Below, one piece after another: positions 1 through 12,345 of a stretch of 64,000 nucleotides of DNA (position 1 is the first letter of the stretch; each line of letters opens with the position of its first letter). Source of the stretch: Octopus sinensis (taxonomy: Eukaryota). The stretch covers positions 54,746,001 to 54,810,000 of the forward strand of contig NC_043005.1 of NCBI RefSeq assembly GCF_006345805.1, read 5' to 3'. The notes under the pieces are model-generated. The model ran no database searches. It was given only the letters and a program-made list of their open reading frames with translations, and was not told the DNA's origin. The translations under genes were made by a program, and so were the position numbers.

Positions 1-37
<37 letters not shown>

Positions 38-38
<1 letters not shown>

Positions 39-444
39 GGAGTGGCTGTGTGGTAAGTAGCTTGTTTACGAACCACATGGTTCCAGGTTCAGTTTCACTG
101 CGTAGTAGCTTGGGCAAGTGTCTTCTACTACAGCTTCAGGCCAAACAAAGCCTTGTGAGTGAATTTAGTAGATGGAAACTGAAAGAAGCCCGTCATATAT
201 ATGTATACATATATATATATGTATGTGTGCATGTGTATATGTTTGTGTATCTGCATTTGTCCCCCCAACATCGCTTGACAACCGATGCTGGTGTGTTTAC
301 CTTCCCATAACTTAGTGGTTCATCAAAAGAGACCGATAAAATAAGTACTAGGCTTACAAAGAATAAGTCTTGGGATCAATTCGCTCAACTAAAGGTGGTG
401 CTCCAGCATGGCCACAGTCAAATGCCTGAAACAAGTAAAGAGAG
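38..444 (+). mobile_element. tRNA-derived SINE family A (CORE-like segment, internal TA/TG microsatellite), full length
   Basis: Head GGAGTGGCTGTGTGGTAAG...GGTTCAGT, then CTTGGGCAAGTGTCTTCT, internal (TA)/(TG), tail GCTCCAGCATGGCC.CAGTCAAATG.CTGAAACAAGTAAA; the same sequence recurs many times in the window. Confidence 0.9.
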
Positions 445-1009
445 CGAGACCCTTGCCAACCCCCTTTGCTTGTGAAGACATGTTGGGGCAAGCGAAATCG
501 AAATCGAATTGAACCAGCCAGTATCCCTGGTCTGGTGGTACGTAAAGCACTATCCGACTCGTGGCCGTGGCACGTAAAATACTCCAATGCGACCGTACGA
601 CAGGCACCCTTGCCAACCCCCTTTGCTTGTGAAGACATGTTGGGGCAAGCGAAATCGAAATCGAATTGAACCAGCCAGGATCCCTGGTCTGGTGGTACGT
701 AAAAAGCACTATCCGACTCGTGGCCGATGCCAGCACCGCATAGACTGGCTTCCGTGCCGGTGGCACATAAATACACCAATCTGACCGTGGCCGTTGCCAG
801 CCCCGCCCTGGCACCTGTGCAGGTGGCACGTAAAAAAGCACCCACTACACTCACGGAGTGGTTGGCGTTAGGAAGGGCATCCAGCTGTAGAAACATTTGC
901 CAAATTAGACTGGAGCCTGGTGCAGCCTTTCTGGCTTCCCAGAACCCCGGTCGAACCGTCCAACCCATGCTAGCAGGAGAACGGACGTTAAACGACGATG
1001 ATGACGATG

Positions 1010-1010
<1 letters not shown>
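445..1010 (+). mobile_element. RTE-type LINE 3' UTR fragment with ~156-bp internal tandem duplication and (GAT)n tail
   Basis: GGTGGCACGTAAAAAGCACCCACTACACTC...GGCGTTAGGAAGGGCATCCAGCTGTAGAAA...GGACGTTAAACGACGATGATGA; the same end terminates the RT-coding element at 17658-20417. Confidence 0.8.
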
Positions 1011-1052
<42 letters not shown>

Positions 1053-1087
1053 TATTATTATTATCATTATCCTCATCATCATTATTA

Positions 1088-1302
1088 GGGCAGCAAGCTG
1101 GCAGAATCATTAGCATGCCAAGCAAAATGCTTAGCGGTATTTCGTCAGCCATTACATCCCGAGTTCAAAGTCGACCATGGTCGACTTTGCCTTTCATTCT
1201 TTTGGGGTCGATAAATTAAGTACCAGTAAAACATTGGGGGTTCAATGTAATTGACTAGTCCCCACCCAACAAATTTCCAGCCTTGTGCCTTTAGTAGGAA
1301 GG
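1088..1302 (+). mobile_element. tRNA-derived SINE family B (MetaSINE-like central domain)
   Basis: GCTGGCAGAATC.TTAGCA...GAGTTCAAA...GTCGACTTTGCCTTTCAT.CTTT.GGGGTCGATAAATTAAGTACCAG; >15 copies or fragments in the window. Confidence 0.85.
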
Positions 1303-1713
1303 ATTATTATTATTATTATTGTTGTTGTTGTTGTTGTTATCATCATCATCATTATTGTTTAAAAGTTTATACTTTTAAAAGCAAAATACAAGACCTGGTT
1401 GGTATATAACGAACACATATGCACCACCACCCCTTCATTCCCTCCCTCTGACTAGTTAATTTGTTTGCCGTATTTAATTAGATGAAAAATAAAAGAACAA
1501 AAACAAGAACAAAAATAATCAAAATTAAATTAAATTAAATTAAAATAAATAATATAATAAAGCAAAGCAAAATACAGCGATAAAACAAACAAGTATTATA
1601 TACCATGTTTGAGTTTCCTCTCACTTTTTTGTTTTATCTTTATTTATTTATTTAATTATATTTTGTTGTTTTTTTTTTTACCTTTTTTGTGTTTTTATTT
1701 TTACTTAATTTAG

Positions 1714-1757
1714 TTGCAGATGATAAATTAATCAACACTATAACATCTCTGGTGTGA
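1714..1757 (+). CDS. Candidate terminal coding exon of an upstream gene, ...ADDKLINTITSLV* (class I PDZ-binding C-terminus)
   Basis: Long T-rich tract 1620-1711, acceptor TTTAG|, open frame ending TCT CTG GTG TGA TAG, followed by UTR-like sequence with AATAAA near 4027 and 4196; no homology evidence. Confidence 0.4.
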
Positions 1758-1989
1758 TAGGAGAAGCATGGCTTGTGAACACATACGCAGCATGAGAGCA
1801 AACTGATATATTTCATATTTTTTTATGTTTGTATTTTTAAAATTTTTATTCTAATCCACTATCATCATCGTCATCATTACCACCATCCTCATCATCATCA
1901 TCATTATCGTCATCATCATTATTAATATTATTGTTCTTCTTCTGCTTCTTCTTCTTCTTCTTATTATTATTATTATTATTATTATTACT

Positions 1990-2040
<51 letters not shown>

Positions 2041-2092
2041 ATTATTATTATTATCATCATTATTGTTTTGATTATTGTTGCTGTTCCTGTTG

Positions 2093-2124
<32 letters not shown>

Positions 2125-2352
2125 TTCCGCTTCCTTTTACTGTTTTCATTTGTTTTTTCTTTTTTTTGACAAGGGGTTGTCTTTGTGTAATGCAAATGCC
2201 TGGTGTTTTAACATCGACAATGAACAACTCAGCAGTGGATAGAAGAATGAAAGACCACAAGAGAGAGAGAGAGAGAGAGAAAGAAAATGAGAGAGAAAGA
2301 AAGGAACAGAAAAGCATGACGGCAAGCATGAGCAAGAGAAAATGAGCAATAG

Positions 2353-2389
<37 letters not shown>

Positions 2390-2624
2390 GAATATATACT
2401 TTGATCACTTGTAACTCTTTACTGTTATTTTCATTGCTTGAGAGCACAAATGGCTTTTATGTCAATCAAATTAGCAATTCTCTTAGAACCTGATGCCAAA
2501 AACAAATGACGGGAGAGAAAAATGTACACCAAAACATAGAGCAATAACAACAACAATAATAATAATAATAATGATAATGATAATAATAATAATACCAATA
2601 ATAATCATGGTAATAATAAATGAA

Positions 2625-2658
<34 letters not shown>

Positions 2659-2961
2659 CATTATTGAATGCTCATATTATTTATGAATTGCCTTGCTTAC
2701 TTGAAAAGTTATAAACATAATTTTCTTCTTTTTCCATTTCTGATTTTTCTTTTCCTTTGTTTTGTTATGTTTTATCTCCTATTTTTTCCTTTTTTTTTAC
2801 TGGGGAGATGAGGTTGTTTCTCTATATATTGTTTTTGTTGCGTTTTTATTTTTCATTTTATTTTATTCTTTTTGTTTGTTTGTTGGTTGTTGCTTGTTTA
2901 CTTTCAAGCTTTAAATCAAAAATTAAGAATTCTTTCACACTTTATATTATTATTATTATCA

Positions 2962-3051
<90 letters not shown>

Positions 3052-3077
3052 CATCATTATCATTATTATTATTATTA

Positions 3078-3136
<59 letters not shown>

Positions 3137-3349
3137 TACTCACTTTTATTTATAAGCTTCTTTTTTGTATTTGCACTATTTATTTATTATTCTTTAACTT
3201 GTTGTGTATGTGTGTGCACCAGATTATTACATATTCAAAACAGTGATATATATGTATATTCACACACACACATATATATATATATACATATACATACATG
3301 TGTGTGTGTGTGTGCATGTGTTGTGTTTGTTTATAAATATATATTTATA

Positions 3350-3460
<111 letters not shown>

Positions 3461-3649
3461 TGAATGATATGTTTAATATAAATTAAGCATTATGCATATA
3501 CAATACATTCAGCAATATATACATATATATGTTTAATATATATGTATGGCTATCATTGGCAAACAATATATGCATAAAGAAATGTGTATAAGTATAAATC
3601 TGTTCATATATATATATACGCATAAATATGTCTCTATATGTATGCATTA

Positions 3650-3704
<55 letters not shown>

Positions 3705-3764
3705 TGTGTGTGTCTGTGTATATATATATATATGAAAATAAAGATTTTATGCACATATATATAC

Positions 3765-3799
<35 letters not shown>

Positions 3800-4856
3800 A
3801 AAACTATGTATTTGTATACGTTTACACGTATCATTATTTAGGTTAGCATTTAACATGTTTATTTATTTAGATATTTCTGAAATATTCTAATACGGAAAAA
3901 AAAACATCATAATTCGCTCTGCAGTTATAACATTTCATTCATTATTCATTATTCATTCAACATTTTGCTTTGTTTGTTTTGTTTTGTTTTTCTACTTATT
4001 AAACAGCTCAAGCACTTTTCCAATTTAATAAACATGTTAAAACTCTAATTATCTGCATTTTAACCTTCTTCTAATCTGGCATAAATGTGCCTGTCTGTGT
4101 GTTTATGTGTATGTGTGTATGTATATATGTGTGTGTCTAAGACAGAGGGTATAAAGAATAGCAAAATATGTTGCATTCCTTCTTTTCTGAAAGTCAATAA
4201 ACTAGCGACATCTTCCAATATTTACTAATGTTGTTCCTGTATTCATTTGCCGCACACAAAAACAATACCGTCTTCTCTTGTTTGTGACAACTCAATAAGA
4301 CTCACTTACTTACTTCTGTCTACTTAACTAAAGACTGTCACCTTTGGGGTATGTTTACTCAATATAAATTATCATTTCCTTTTATGTGTTTACTTAATAT
4401 TGCCTGTATCAACCCATGTGTTTAATCAATATTATCTCCTTGTCTTTCAAGCTTGGCTTTACACTCTAAACAAATATGATTCTGTAGAAAGACAGAGAAA
4501 GACAGACAGACAGAGACAGAGAAAGACAGACAGAGAGAGAGACAGAGAGACAGGCAGAGAGAGAAAGACAAAAGTTTGGGTAGTGGCTTTACAGATTTTC
4601 GTTGGTCTGGAGGGTATTAATCCAAAACTATAATAACGCTATCTTGATATATGTGTCTATTCAATGTAATATCAATGTAATCATATATAAACTCTTCGGC
4701 GTACTTATTAAATAAGATACCTCCTGATGTGTAATTTCTTAATATGATATTACCACCTTGTCATTGCATACTTACCTACAAAAATACTATGAAGATCTCA
4801 GCATGCACCTATATATATATATGTATGTATGTATGTATTTATGCATATATATGTAC

Positions 4857-4950
<94 letters not shown>

Positions 4951-5579
4951 GTATGTATATATTTATATATATGTACACATATATATAACACACGCACACA
5001 CACATGTATAACTACCATAATCTAGGCATCATGCAAGTGTAGCTTAGTAATATAATACAAAACATCTTTTTTTTTTATATATATTTTATGAGGTGTGTAA
5101 TACTCATTTTCTTTTCTTCCCAATATGAGTTTCAAACTAGACATTATTACAAAGTTTTGATGGAGCACCGTAGCATAATAGTTAAAAACAAACCCAAAAA
5201 GAAATATCTAAAGTTAATAAGCTGAATGAAAGAAGTGCAGATCTACATTCATTTCTTATTGAATGTGAATTTTGTTTTTGATACTGACAACAATTAGTTG
5301 CAACAAGCTGCGTGGAGGTAAGGTATTTTATGAAGCTTTGTTATAAGATATCAGTAGAAATCTCTCACCTCTCCAACTGAAGAATTTCTCTTGGGTGACA
5401 AAAGGTCATGTGTCACCTCAAAATAAGTAGGAATGGGGGTAAATTTCGAAATATCCATTAATAAGAAGCAGAGATGATAAAAATACATACTATTATGCAT
5501 TCTTCTATCTGTTATCTTTTAGTAGTCTCTTACAACAACTACCAATCAAATTTAAGATGTATCTCTAGTATCATATGCT

Positions 5580-5596
5580 ACACACACATACACACA

Positions 5597-5645
<49 letters not shown>

Positions 5646-6140
5646 CACACATGTATATGTATGTATGTATTGCAGTAGATGTCCATGAAAGAAGATGGGT
5701 TCCTGTTTTCTTGATACAGAATATCTGTATGTACATGTATGTAAGTGTGTATGTATGTATGTATGTATGTATGTATGTATGTATGTATGTATGTATGTAT
5801 GTATGTATCTATGTATGTATGTATGTATGTACGTATGTATGTGTGTGTATGTATGTATGTATGTATGGATGGATGAATGTATGTATGTATGTGTGTGTGT
5901 ATGTATGTTTGTATGTTTGTATGTACGTTTGTATGTATGTATGTATGTATGTATGTATGTATGTTTGTATGTATGTACGTATGTATGTATGCAGGCATGC
6001 ATTTATGTATGTATGTGTATCTATATATATGTGTGTATGTATATATATAGAGAGAGAAAGAGAGATAAATAGATAGATATAGATATAGATGTAGAGATAT
6101 AGACATCATATAGATATAGAAATATATATATATATATACA
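5580..6140. repeat. Compound (CA)n/(TATG)n/(TAGA)n microsatellite
   Basis: Directly visible; source of the spurious MYVC/HTYI ORFs. Confidence 0.95.
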
Positions 6141-6199
6141 CGCAGATATATATTCCTATATATCCTTATTTTCTTGATATGTAATATGCATATAGACAC

Positions 6200-6815
6200 A
6201 GGAGTGACTGTGTGGTAAGTAGCTTGCTTACCAACCACATGGTTCCAGGTTCAGTCCCACTGCATGGCACCTTGGGCAAGTGTCTTCTACTGTAGCCTTG
6301 GTCTGACCAAAGACTTGTGAGTGGATTTGGTGGTTGGAAAATGAAAGAAGCCCATTGTGTGTGTGTATATATATATATAAATGGAGTTTAACGCAGGTGT
6401 AAATCAAATCTTTTTACTTTCAACACATGTCCCGAAAATTCCACTGATACTATTCAAGAGAATAAATGGTATAAACAATGCAATCTTCTCTTCAGGAAAG
6501 TGAAAAAAACGAAACTCGTCAATAAGACATTTTAGCAAAAAATTATGGATTTGTATAACGATTGACTGAACGCTATTATATATATATATATATATATATA
6601 CATATTTATGTGTGTGTCTGTGTTTGTCCCCCACCACTACTTTACAACTGATGTTGGTGTGTTTACATCCATGTAACTTAGCGGTTTGGCAAAAGAGACC
6701 AATAGAATAGGTAAAAGGTTTGTAAAGAATAAGTCCTGGGGTCAGTTTGTTCAACTAAAGGTGAAGCTCCAGCATGGCCGCAGTCAAATGACTGAGGCAA
6801 GTAAAAGAATAAAAG
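6200..6815 (+). mobile_element. SINE family A interrupted in its internal (TA)n by a ~200-bp insertion
   Basis: Head at 6200, tail near 6780-6815; foreign sequence 6380-6578 between (TA)n runs. Confidence 0.85.
6416..6501 (-). ncRNA. Degenerate minimal type I hammerhead ribozyme (GAAA->GGGA)
   Basis: Minus strand: actttc CTGAAGA gaagatt..aattttc GGGA catgtg TT gaaagt; stems I and II pair. Confidence 0.6.
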
Positions 6816-7047
6816 GATATGTATGTATATATATATGTGTGTGTATGTATATACATATATGTGCGTGTGCGTGTATGTATATATGTATGTATGTATGTAT
6901 AGCAAATCAAAGACAGAAGATGGAATATACATATATCAGCCTCTTACATAACCACCAAGTTTACGGGGACATAAACACACCAACATCACCGGCAAAAGTG
7001 ATGGTGGGGTGGACAAACACAGACACCACACAAAATATATGTATATT

Positions 7048-7091
<44 letters not shown>

Positions 7092-7144
7092 TAAATAATA
7101 TATAAATATTATACATATATACATACATATACATGCATATATGA

Positions 7145-7560
7145 TACAGGACATCAAAAAAACTTTGAACACAATGAGAAACGAAAACATACAAAACGAA
7201 CATTTTCGAACAACGCAAAAAATCAAACAGAGAAAGGAGACATACAACATAAAGAATATTCCCCTTCTTCAGGTGTCCCTGTTTCATCTACTCCACTTTT
7301 CGAAGGCAACGCCAATACGCAACTTCATTGAGACAGTCCTTCCCACAAAGCAAATTAAATAAAATTTGGGATTTTTTGCAGAGGGTGAAAGTGGTAACAA
7401 GAACAGGACAGTAAAAACAAAACAGTAGAAACAAACAGTGAGGGCTGTTAAGCCAAGACGATAGAAAAATTATTATGAATGCTAGGAAGATGAGCTTATG
7501 AAGGAGACAGTATAAGCACGTTTTGTCTTTACGAAGGTAGTGGGCAGAAAGATAGATTCT
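7145..7560 (-). mobile_element. Unclassified repeat abutting a (TA)n tract, possibly a Penelope-like terminal fragment
   Basis: CpG-richer block next to (TA)n; minus strand has CTGAAGA and CGAAA words but no canonical hammerhead fold. Confidence 0.35.
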
Positions 7561-7590
7561 CTTTCATCACGTCAGATTCTCTTTTGTCAG

Positions 7591-7716
7591 TGGGTTCAGT
7601 TCCACTGCATGGTATCTTGGGCAAGTATCTTCTACTGTAGGCTTGGGCTGACCAATGACTTGTGAGTGGATTTGGTAGAGAGAAACTGAAAAAAACCGAT
7701 CATGTGTGTGTGTTTG

Positions 7717-7779
<63 letters not shown>

Positions 7780-7997
7780 ATATATGTTTTTGTGTTCATG
7801 TCTATGGTTGTTCCTTCACCAATGCTTGACAACCGATCTTGGTATGTTAATGTCCCTGTAACTTAGTGGTTCAGCAAAAGAGACCAATAGAATAAATACC
7901 AGACTTACAAAGAATAAGTAGAGGAGTCGATTTCTTCAACTAAAAGGCAGTGCTCCAGTATGGCCGCAGTTAAGATGACTGAAACAAGTAAAACATA
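7591..7997 (+). mobile_element. SINE family A, 5'-truncated
   Basis: GGGTTCAGTTCCACTGC...CTCCAGTATGGCCGCAGTTAAGATGACTGAAACAAGTAAA. Confidence 0.85.
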
Positions 7998-8020
7998 AAT
8001 ATATATATAGCATATGTATG

Positions 8021-8067
<47 letters not shown>

Positions 8068-8150
8068 TTTAATAAGGGTAGAAATCGATATTAATCAATT
8101 AAAACCAGTGGCCTAGCATATATTAAAAAAATCCGAAGATTAAAATATTT

Positions 8151-8469
8151 TACATACAAAATAAAGGACTGACCACTAAAAGTGGACGGTCAACATACTA
8201 GATATAGACGTCAAATCGTTATTTCCACAAAGAATATGTTCTCAAATAAAAAACCAGCACAAACCAAAGCATTAAAAATAAGCAAGACAAATGAAAATAT
8301 ACGAAATAAAAATCATTTTTATTTCGTATATTTTCATGTCTTGCTTATTTTTAATACTTTGGTTTGTGCTGGGTTTTTGAGAACATATTCTTTGTGGAAA
8401 ATAACGATTTGATATCTATATCTAGTATGTTGACCGTCCACTTAAAGTCAGTCCTTTAAATTTTGTATG

Positions 8470-8471
<2 letters not shown>
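8151..8471. repeat. ~320-bp near-perfect palindrome (arms ~160 bp, centre ~8314) within a (TA)n-flanked element
   Basis: AAAGGACTGAC..AAGTGGACGGTCAACATACTAGATATAGA..ACGAAATAAAAATcATTTTTATTTCGT..TCTATATCTAGTATGTTGACCGTCCACTT..GTCAGTCCTTT. Confidence 0.95.
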
Positions 8472-8519
<48 letters not shown>

Positions 8520-8529
8520 TATATAAAGG

Positions 8530-9138
8530 GTAATAGGTAAAGACCCCCTTCAGTCATGAATGACCATGGGATTGCACCTTGGAAGTTCCCCTGAGAGGCA
8601 CACGTCTGAGCATCGTTGATTATGAAAGACCAGCAGTCACCCATGCATACTAGCCTGCCCTTTCCATACTACCAATGTTATCCAAAGGCAATGGTTCCCA
8701 GACTTTTCCAGGCTCCTTTGCTCTTGACACCCAGACCACATTCCCATCACCCCACCCCAACTAACCATCACAAACACATACCTCTTTCTGAAGCAAATTC
8801 AAAACAACTGTATTTCACAATTATAACTTAACCTAATGAACTCATTATTTTGCTGTTTTTACATGAATCACTACTCCATTGTCACCCCAATTTTTACATG
8901 AATTGCACTCACCATTATCGCCCCACTTTTCTTCAATGCCCCTTTGGAACTTACCATCGCCACCAAAGGGAACAATACCATCCACTTTGGGAACCACTAG
9001 GCAAAGGCTGATATAGCTTGGCACCAGTGACATTGCAACTCATTTTACGGCTGAGAGAACTGGAAGAACGTGAAATATAGTGTCTTCCTCAAGAACACAA
9101 CTCACAGCCCAGTCCAGGATTAAACTCACTACCTCATT
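8530..9138 (-). mobile_element. SINE family C split by a hAT-like MITE
   Basis: 8530-8688 is the reverse complement of the copy at ~41330-41433; degenerate tRNA-like head at ~9100-9138. Confidence 0.6.
8689..8999. mobile_element. hAT (Charlie-like) MITE
   Basis: TIRs CAATGGTTCCCAGA / TTTGGGAACCACTA; imperfect 8-bp TSD TCCAAAGG / GGCAAAGG. Confidence 0.65.
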
Positions 9139-9180
9139 ATATAAATATATATATATATATATTATATATACACACACACA

Positions 9181-10433
9181 CAGACATGAAAGAAGTAAAT
9201 AGACACCCTTATAGTCACTAAAATGTATTTAAATCTGAAATTATACATTCAAATTATTTGTTAGTTATTATAATGTGAGCATTTAATATTTAGTAGACAT
9301 ACTCTTTGATTTTTCAATGCAAGGGCCCTATTAGGCATGTTACTGATCAGATGGTGAATATTCTCTTGCCGAATTTCTTGCTAAGTTTCATGCAGTAATC
9401 TCAAAAGATCTGGCTTTAAAGATGCTTTCTTATTCTGTTTATGAAATGTCCTGTCCAGTATGTCCCCAGAGGTGTTCTATAGGGTTCATATCTGGTGACT
9501 GGCTTGGCTATGGAAGCTTTCTAATGCCATTCTTTTCCAACAAATCTTAGGTCATTTTAACCATGTGACAAGGAATCCCATCTTCCATAAATTGAGAGTC
9601 TTCTTTAGCCATTTCACCACTGGAGAAGTTTGGAAGGAGTCCTTTCTGCAATATGGACACATTTATTTGAGTTTAACTTTCCCTCACACTCTACCAGCTC
9701 TGATCAACCGTTGCTCCAAATTGTTCCCCAGATCATCACAGAATAGCTGCTGTGTTTCGTTGCTGGTTGCAATCTTTTCACATCAAATTCTTGATCACAG
9801 AGTCTCTAGACCCACACTCGACCACTGTTAGGAAATACAGCAAATCTGGACTCATCAGAGAATATGATAGTGTCCCAAAATACTAAGGGCCTCTCTACCA
9901 TCTCACTGGCCCAATCTTTTTTCCGCTTCATATTGGCTGGTCAAAGATGTAGCTTCCTTCTTCCTGCTCTGCCATAGTAACTAAGTTTGTGGAGACACCT
10001 GACAGCTGTTCTGGGACTGACATCAACTTGCTCTGCTATGTCAGAGTTCTTGCTATGAGGATTATCGCCACACACTTCTCTTAGCAAAGAGAAGGATCCT
10101 GTCAGAGGGCCCTGGTTGATCTACTCCTTCCCTCTTTGGTGAATTGCACAATCAATCTATTAACTGAATTGCACAATCACTCTATTAACTGTAGAAGCAG
10201 GATCCCAAGGTTTCGGCGATTTTTACGCTGATATATCCACCTTCAAATGGACCCCATACAGCCTCTTCGAAATTCAGACAGTTCCAAGGCCTCTTTTGTA
10301 CATGGCATGATTGAACGTCACATATAGAATCTGAAACATAAAAATGTCAATTAATAAGAAATATAAACCATTACAAGTTAGAATAAACAGAAAACGGGGT
10401 TTTATGGGGGTGTCTATTTACTTCTAACATGTG

Positions 10434-10435
<2 letters not shown>
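9181..10435 (-). mobile_element. Tc1-family DNA transposon with pseudogenised DDE transposase, both TIRs present
   Basis: TIRs CA.ACATG..AGAAGTAAATAGACACCC at 9181 and inverted at ~10408-10435; minus-strand translation gives ..WASEMVERPLVFWDTIIFSDESRF.., FMEDGIPCH and *PSQSPDMNPIEHLW with stops. Confidence 0.9.
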
Positions 10436-10465
<30 letters not shown>

Positions 10466-10909
10466 CAGAGAGAGAGAGAGAGAGAGATATGAAGAGAGAG
10501 AGAGAGAGGGATGAAAAGAGAGAGAGAGAGAGAGAATGAAGAGAGAGAGAGGGGATGAAGAGAAAGAGAGGGGGATGAAGAGAAAGAGAGAGGGATGAAG
10601 AGAGAGAGAGGTGAAAAGGGAGAGAGATATGGAATTTTTCAAAATATAATTTTGTTTTTGAACTTTAATTGACCTTGTTGGGGGATGGGTGCTAAGTACT
10701 CTTGCCTTTGTTAAAGAATTTAGTTTATCTGTATTTTCCTTAATGTCAGTTGTATTGAGTGTCTTGTTTTTGTTTTTGTGTGACACAGACAGACACACAC
10801 ACACATGTGCACATGTGCGTACACACACTTATTGTGTGCACCTAGAAACATATTGATAGCTGTACATATATATATATTATTATATCTATATATATATATA
10901 TATATATAT

Positions 10910-11102
10910 TTACGGCCATGATAGATCGTTAGCCACTACACACATTTTTTTTTCACCTTGTTTTCTGTTTCCCTTTCTGTAGAAGAGCATAGGCTCGAAA
11001 CGTAAAAGACTTTTTCTATTCCTGAGCGTTATACTAATACATCTGTTTGTTTCGTACACCACCTGTCTTCGCCTTTTGTTGTATTTTTCAAAAACTCTCC
11101 CT
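10910..11102 (+). mobile_element. Short (TA)n-embedded element carrying a hammerhead-like motif (second copy at ~24770-24973)
   Basis: GCCATGATAGATCGTTAG...CTTTCTGTAGAAGAGCATAGGCTCGAAACGTAAAAG...TCTCCCTATATA present twice in the window. Confidence 0.75.
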
Positions 11103-11182
11103 ATATATATATATACACTTATGTACAATTCTCACCCACATAGTCATACATGTGTATGTGTGTGTGAGTATGTGTGCATGTG

Positions 11183-11459
11183 TGTGTATTTGATAGATAG
11201 ATTAAAGATAGATATTTCCAATAGATTCAATTCCTGCTATCAACTAAGCCATATTCTAGGCCAATTCTGGCCCAAGTATTCTAAGTATATATATATGTGT
11301 ATATATATAATATTAATTAGAGTGTATTTGATAGATAGATTAAAGATAGATATTTCCAATAGATTCAATCCTGACTATCAAATAAGCCATATTCTAGGCC
11401 AATTCTGGCCCAAGTATATCTAAGTATATATATATTGTATATATATAATATAATTAGAG
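11183..11459. repeat. Tandem duplication, 2 x ~139 bp
   Basis: GTGTATTTGATAGATAGATTAAAGATAGATATTTCCAATAGATTCAA...CTAGGCCAATTCTGGCCCAAGTAT repeated. Confidence 0.9.
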
Positions 11460-11544
11460 ACAAAACCACTATTATGCAAATCAAACAAAGAAAGACTTAT
11501 CCAATACATAAAAAATTTATATAAATTAAATAAAATTAAATTCG

Positions 11545-11589
11545 CCACTACAATGTTTCATGTCTCTTCTAAGGACATTCATCAGGTGG
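11545..11589 (-). ncRNA. Minimal type I hammerhead ribozyme, canonical core
   Basis: Minus strand: ccac CTGATGA atgtc cttagaaga gacat GAAA cattg TA gtgg; stem I ccac/gtgg, stem II atgtc/gacat, GUA site. Confidence 0.85.
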
Positions 11590-11638
11590 TTTCAGATCTT
11601 CTATCCAATTTTTAAAAATTGGAATAGAAGATCTGAAA

Positions 11639-11683
11639 ACACCTGATGAATGTCCTTAGAAGAGCATGAAACAATTGTAGTGG
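11639..11683 (+). ncRNA. Minimal type I hammerhead ribozyme, mirror copy in the palindrome
   Basis: cac CTGATGA atgtccttagaagagcat GAAA caattg TA gtg; palindromic stem III CAATTG. Confidence 0.8.
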
Positions 11684-11765
11684 CGAATTTAATTTTATTT
11701 AATTTATATAAATTTTTTATGTATTGGATTAAGTCTTTCTTTGTTTAAAAAATAATAATAATAAC

Positions 11766-11799
<34 letters not shown>

Positions 11800-11893
11800 G
11801 TAATAATAATATGAGGGAATATTATTCCAAACCTACAGGGAAAAATTCAATTTAGAAATACTAAATCAAATTTCACAAAATATAATACATATA

Positions 11894-11936
<43 letters not shown>

Positions 11937-12094
11937 ATGTGTGTGTGTGTGTATGTATGTATGCATGCATTCATGTGTGCATATATAATTATACATAGAC
12001 ATTTCATGCATTCATACACGCGTATGTGTGTGTGTGTGTGTAAAGTGTCATCATATTCATGTGTTCATGTTCACTGTTACATATGAATATATAT

Positions 12095-12130
<36 letters not shown>

Positions 12131-12314
12131 GCTCAAAAGTCAACAATAAAAACAGTTTGCTTTCAGGTTTGATAAATGACAACATGAATTATTTCAACCA
12201 GGAAAACCTGGGTTGTATTTAAAAGATTCTTTTTTTTTAATTTTAAGATTATCTTTACTCTCTTAGGTGATCCAGTGCTTAGCACATTATATATATACAT
12301 ACACACATACACAG

Positions 12315-12345
<31 letters not shown>

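Noticed and set aside
354-968. 204-aa ORF with an internal repeat
   Set aside because: Antisense reading of an RTE 3' UTR duplication plus a SINE tail
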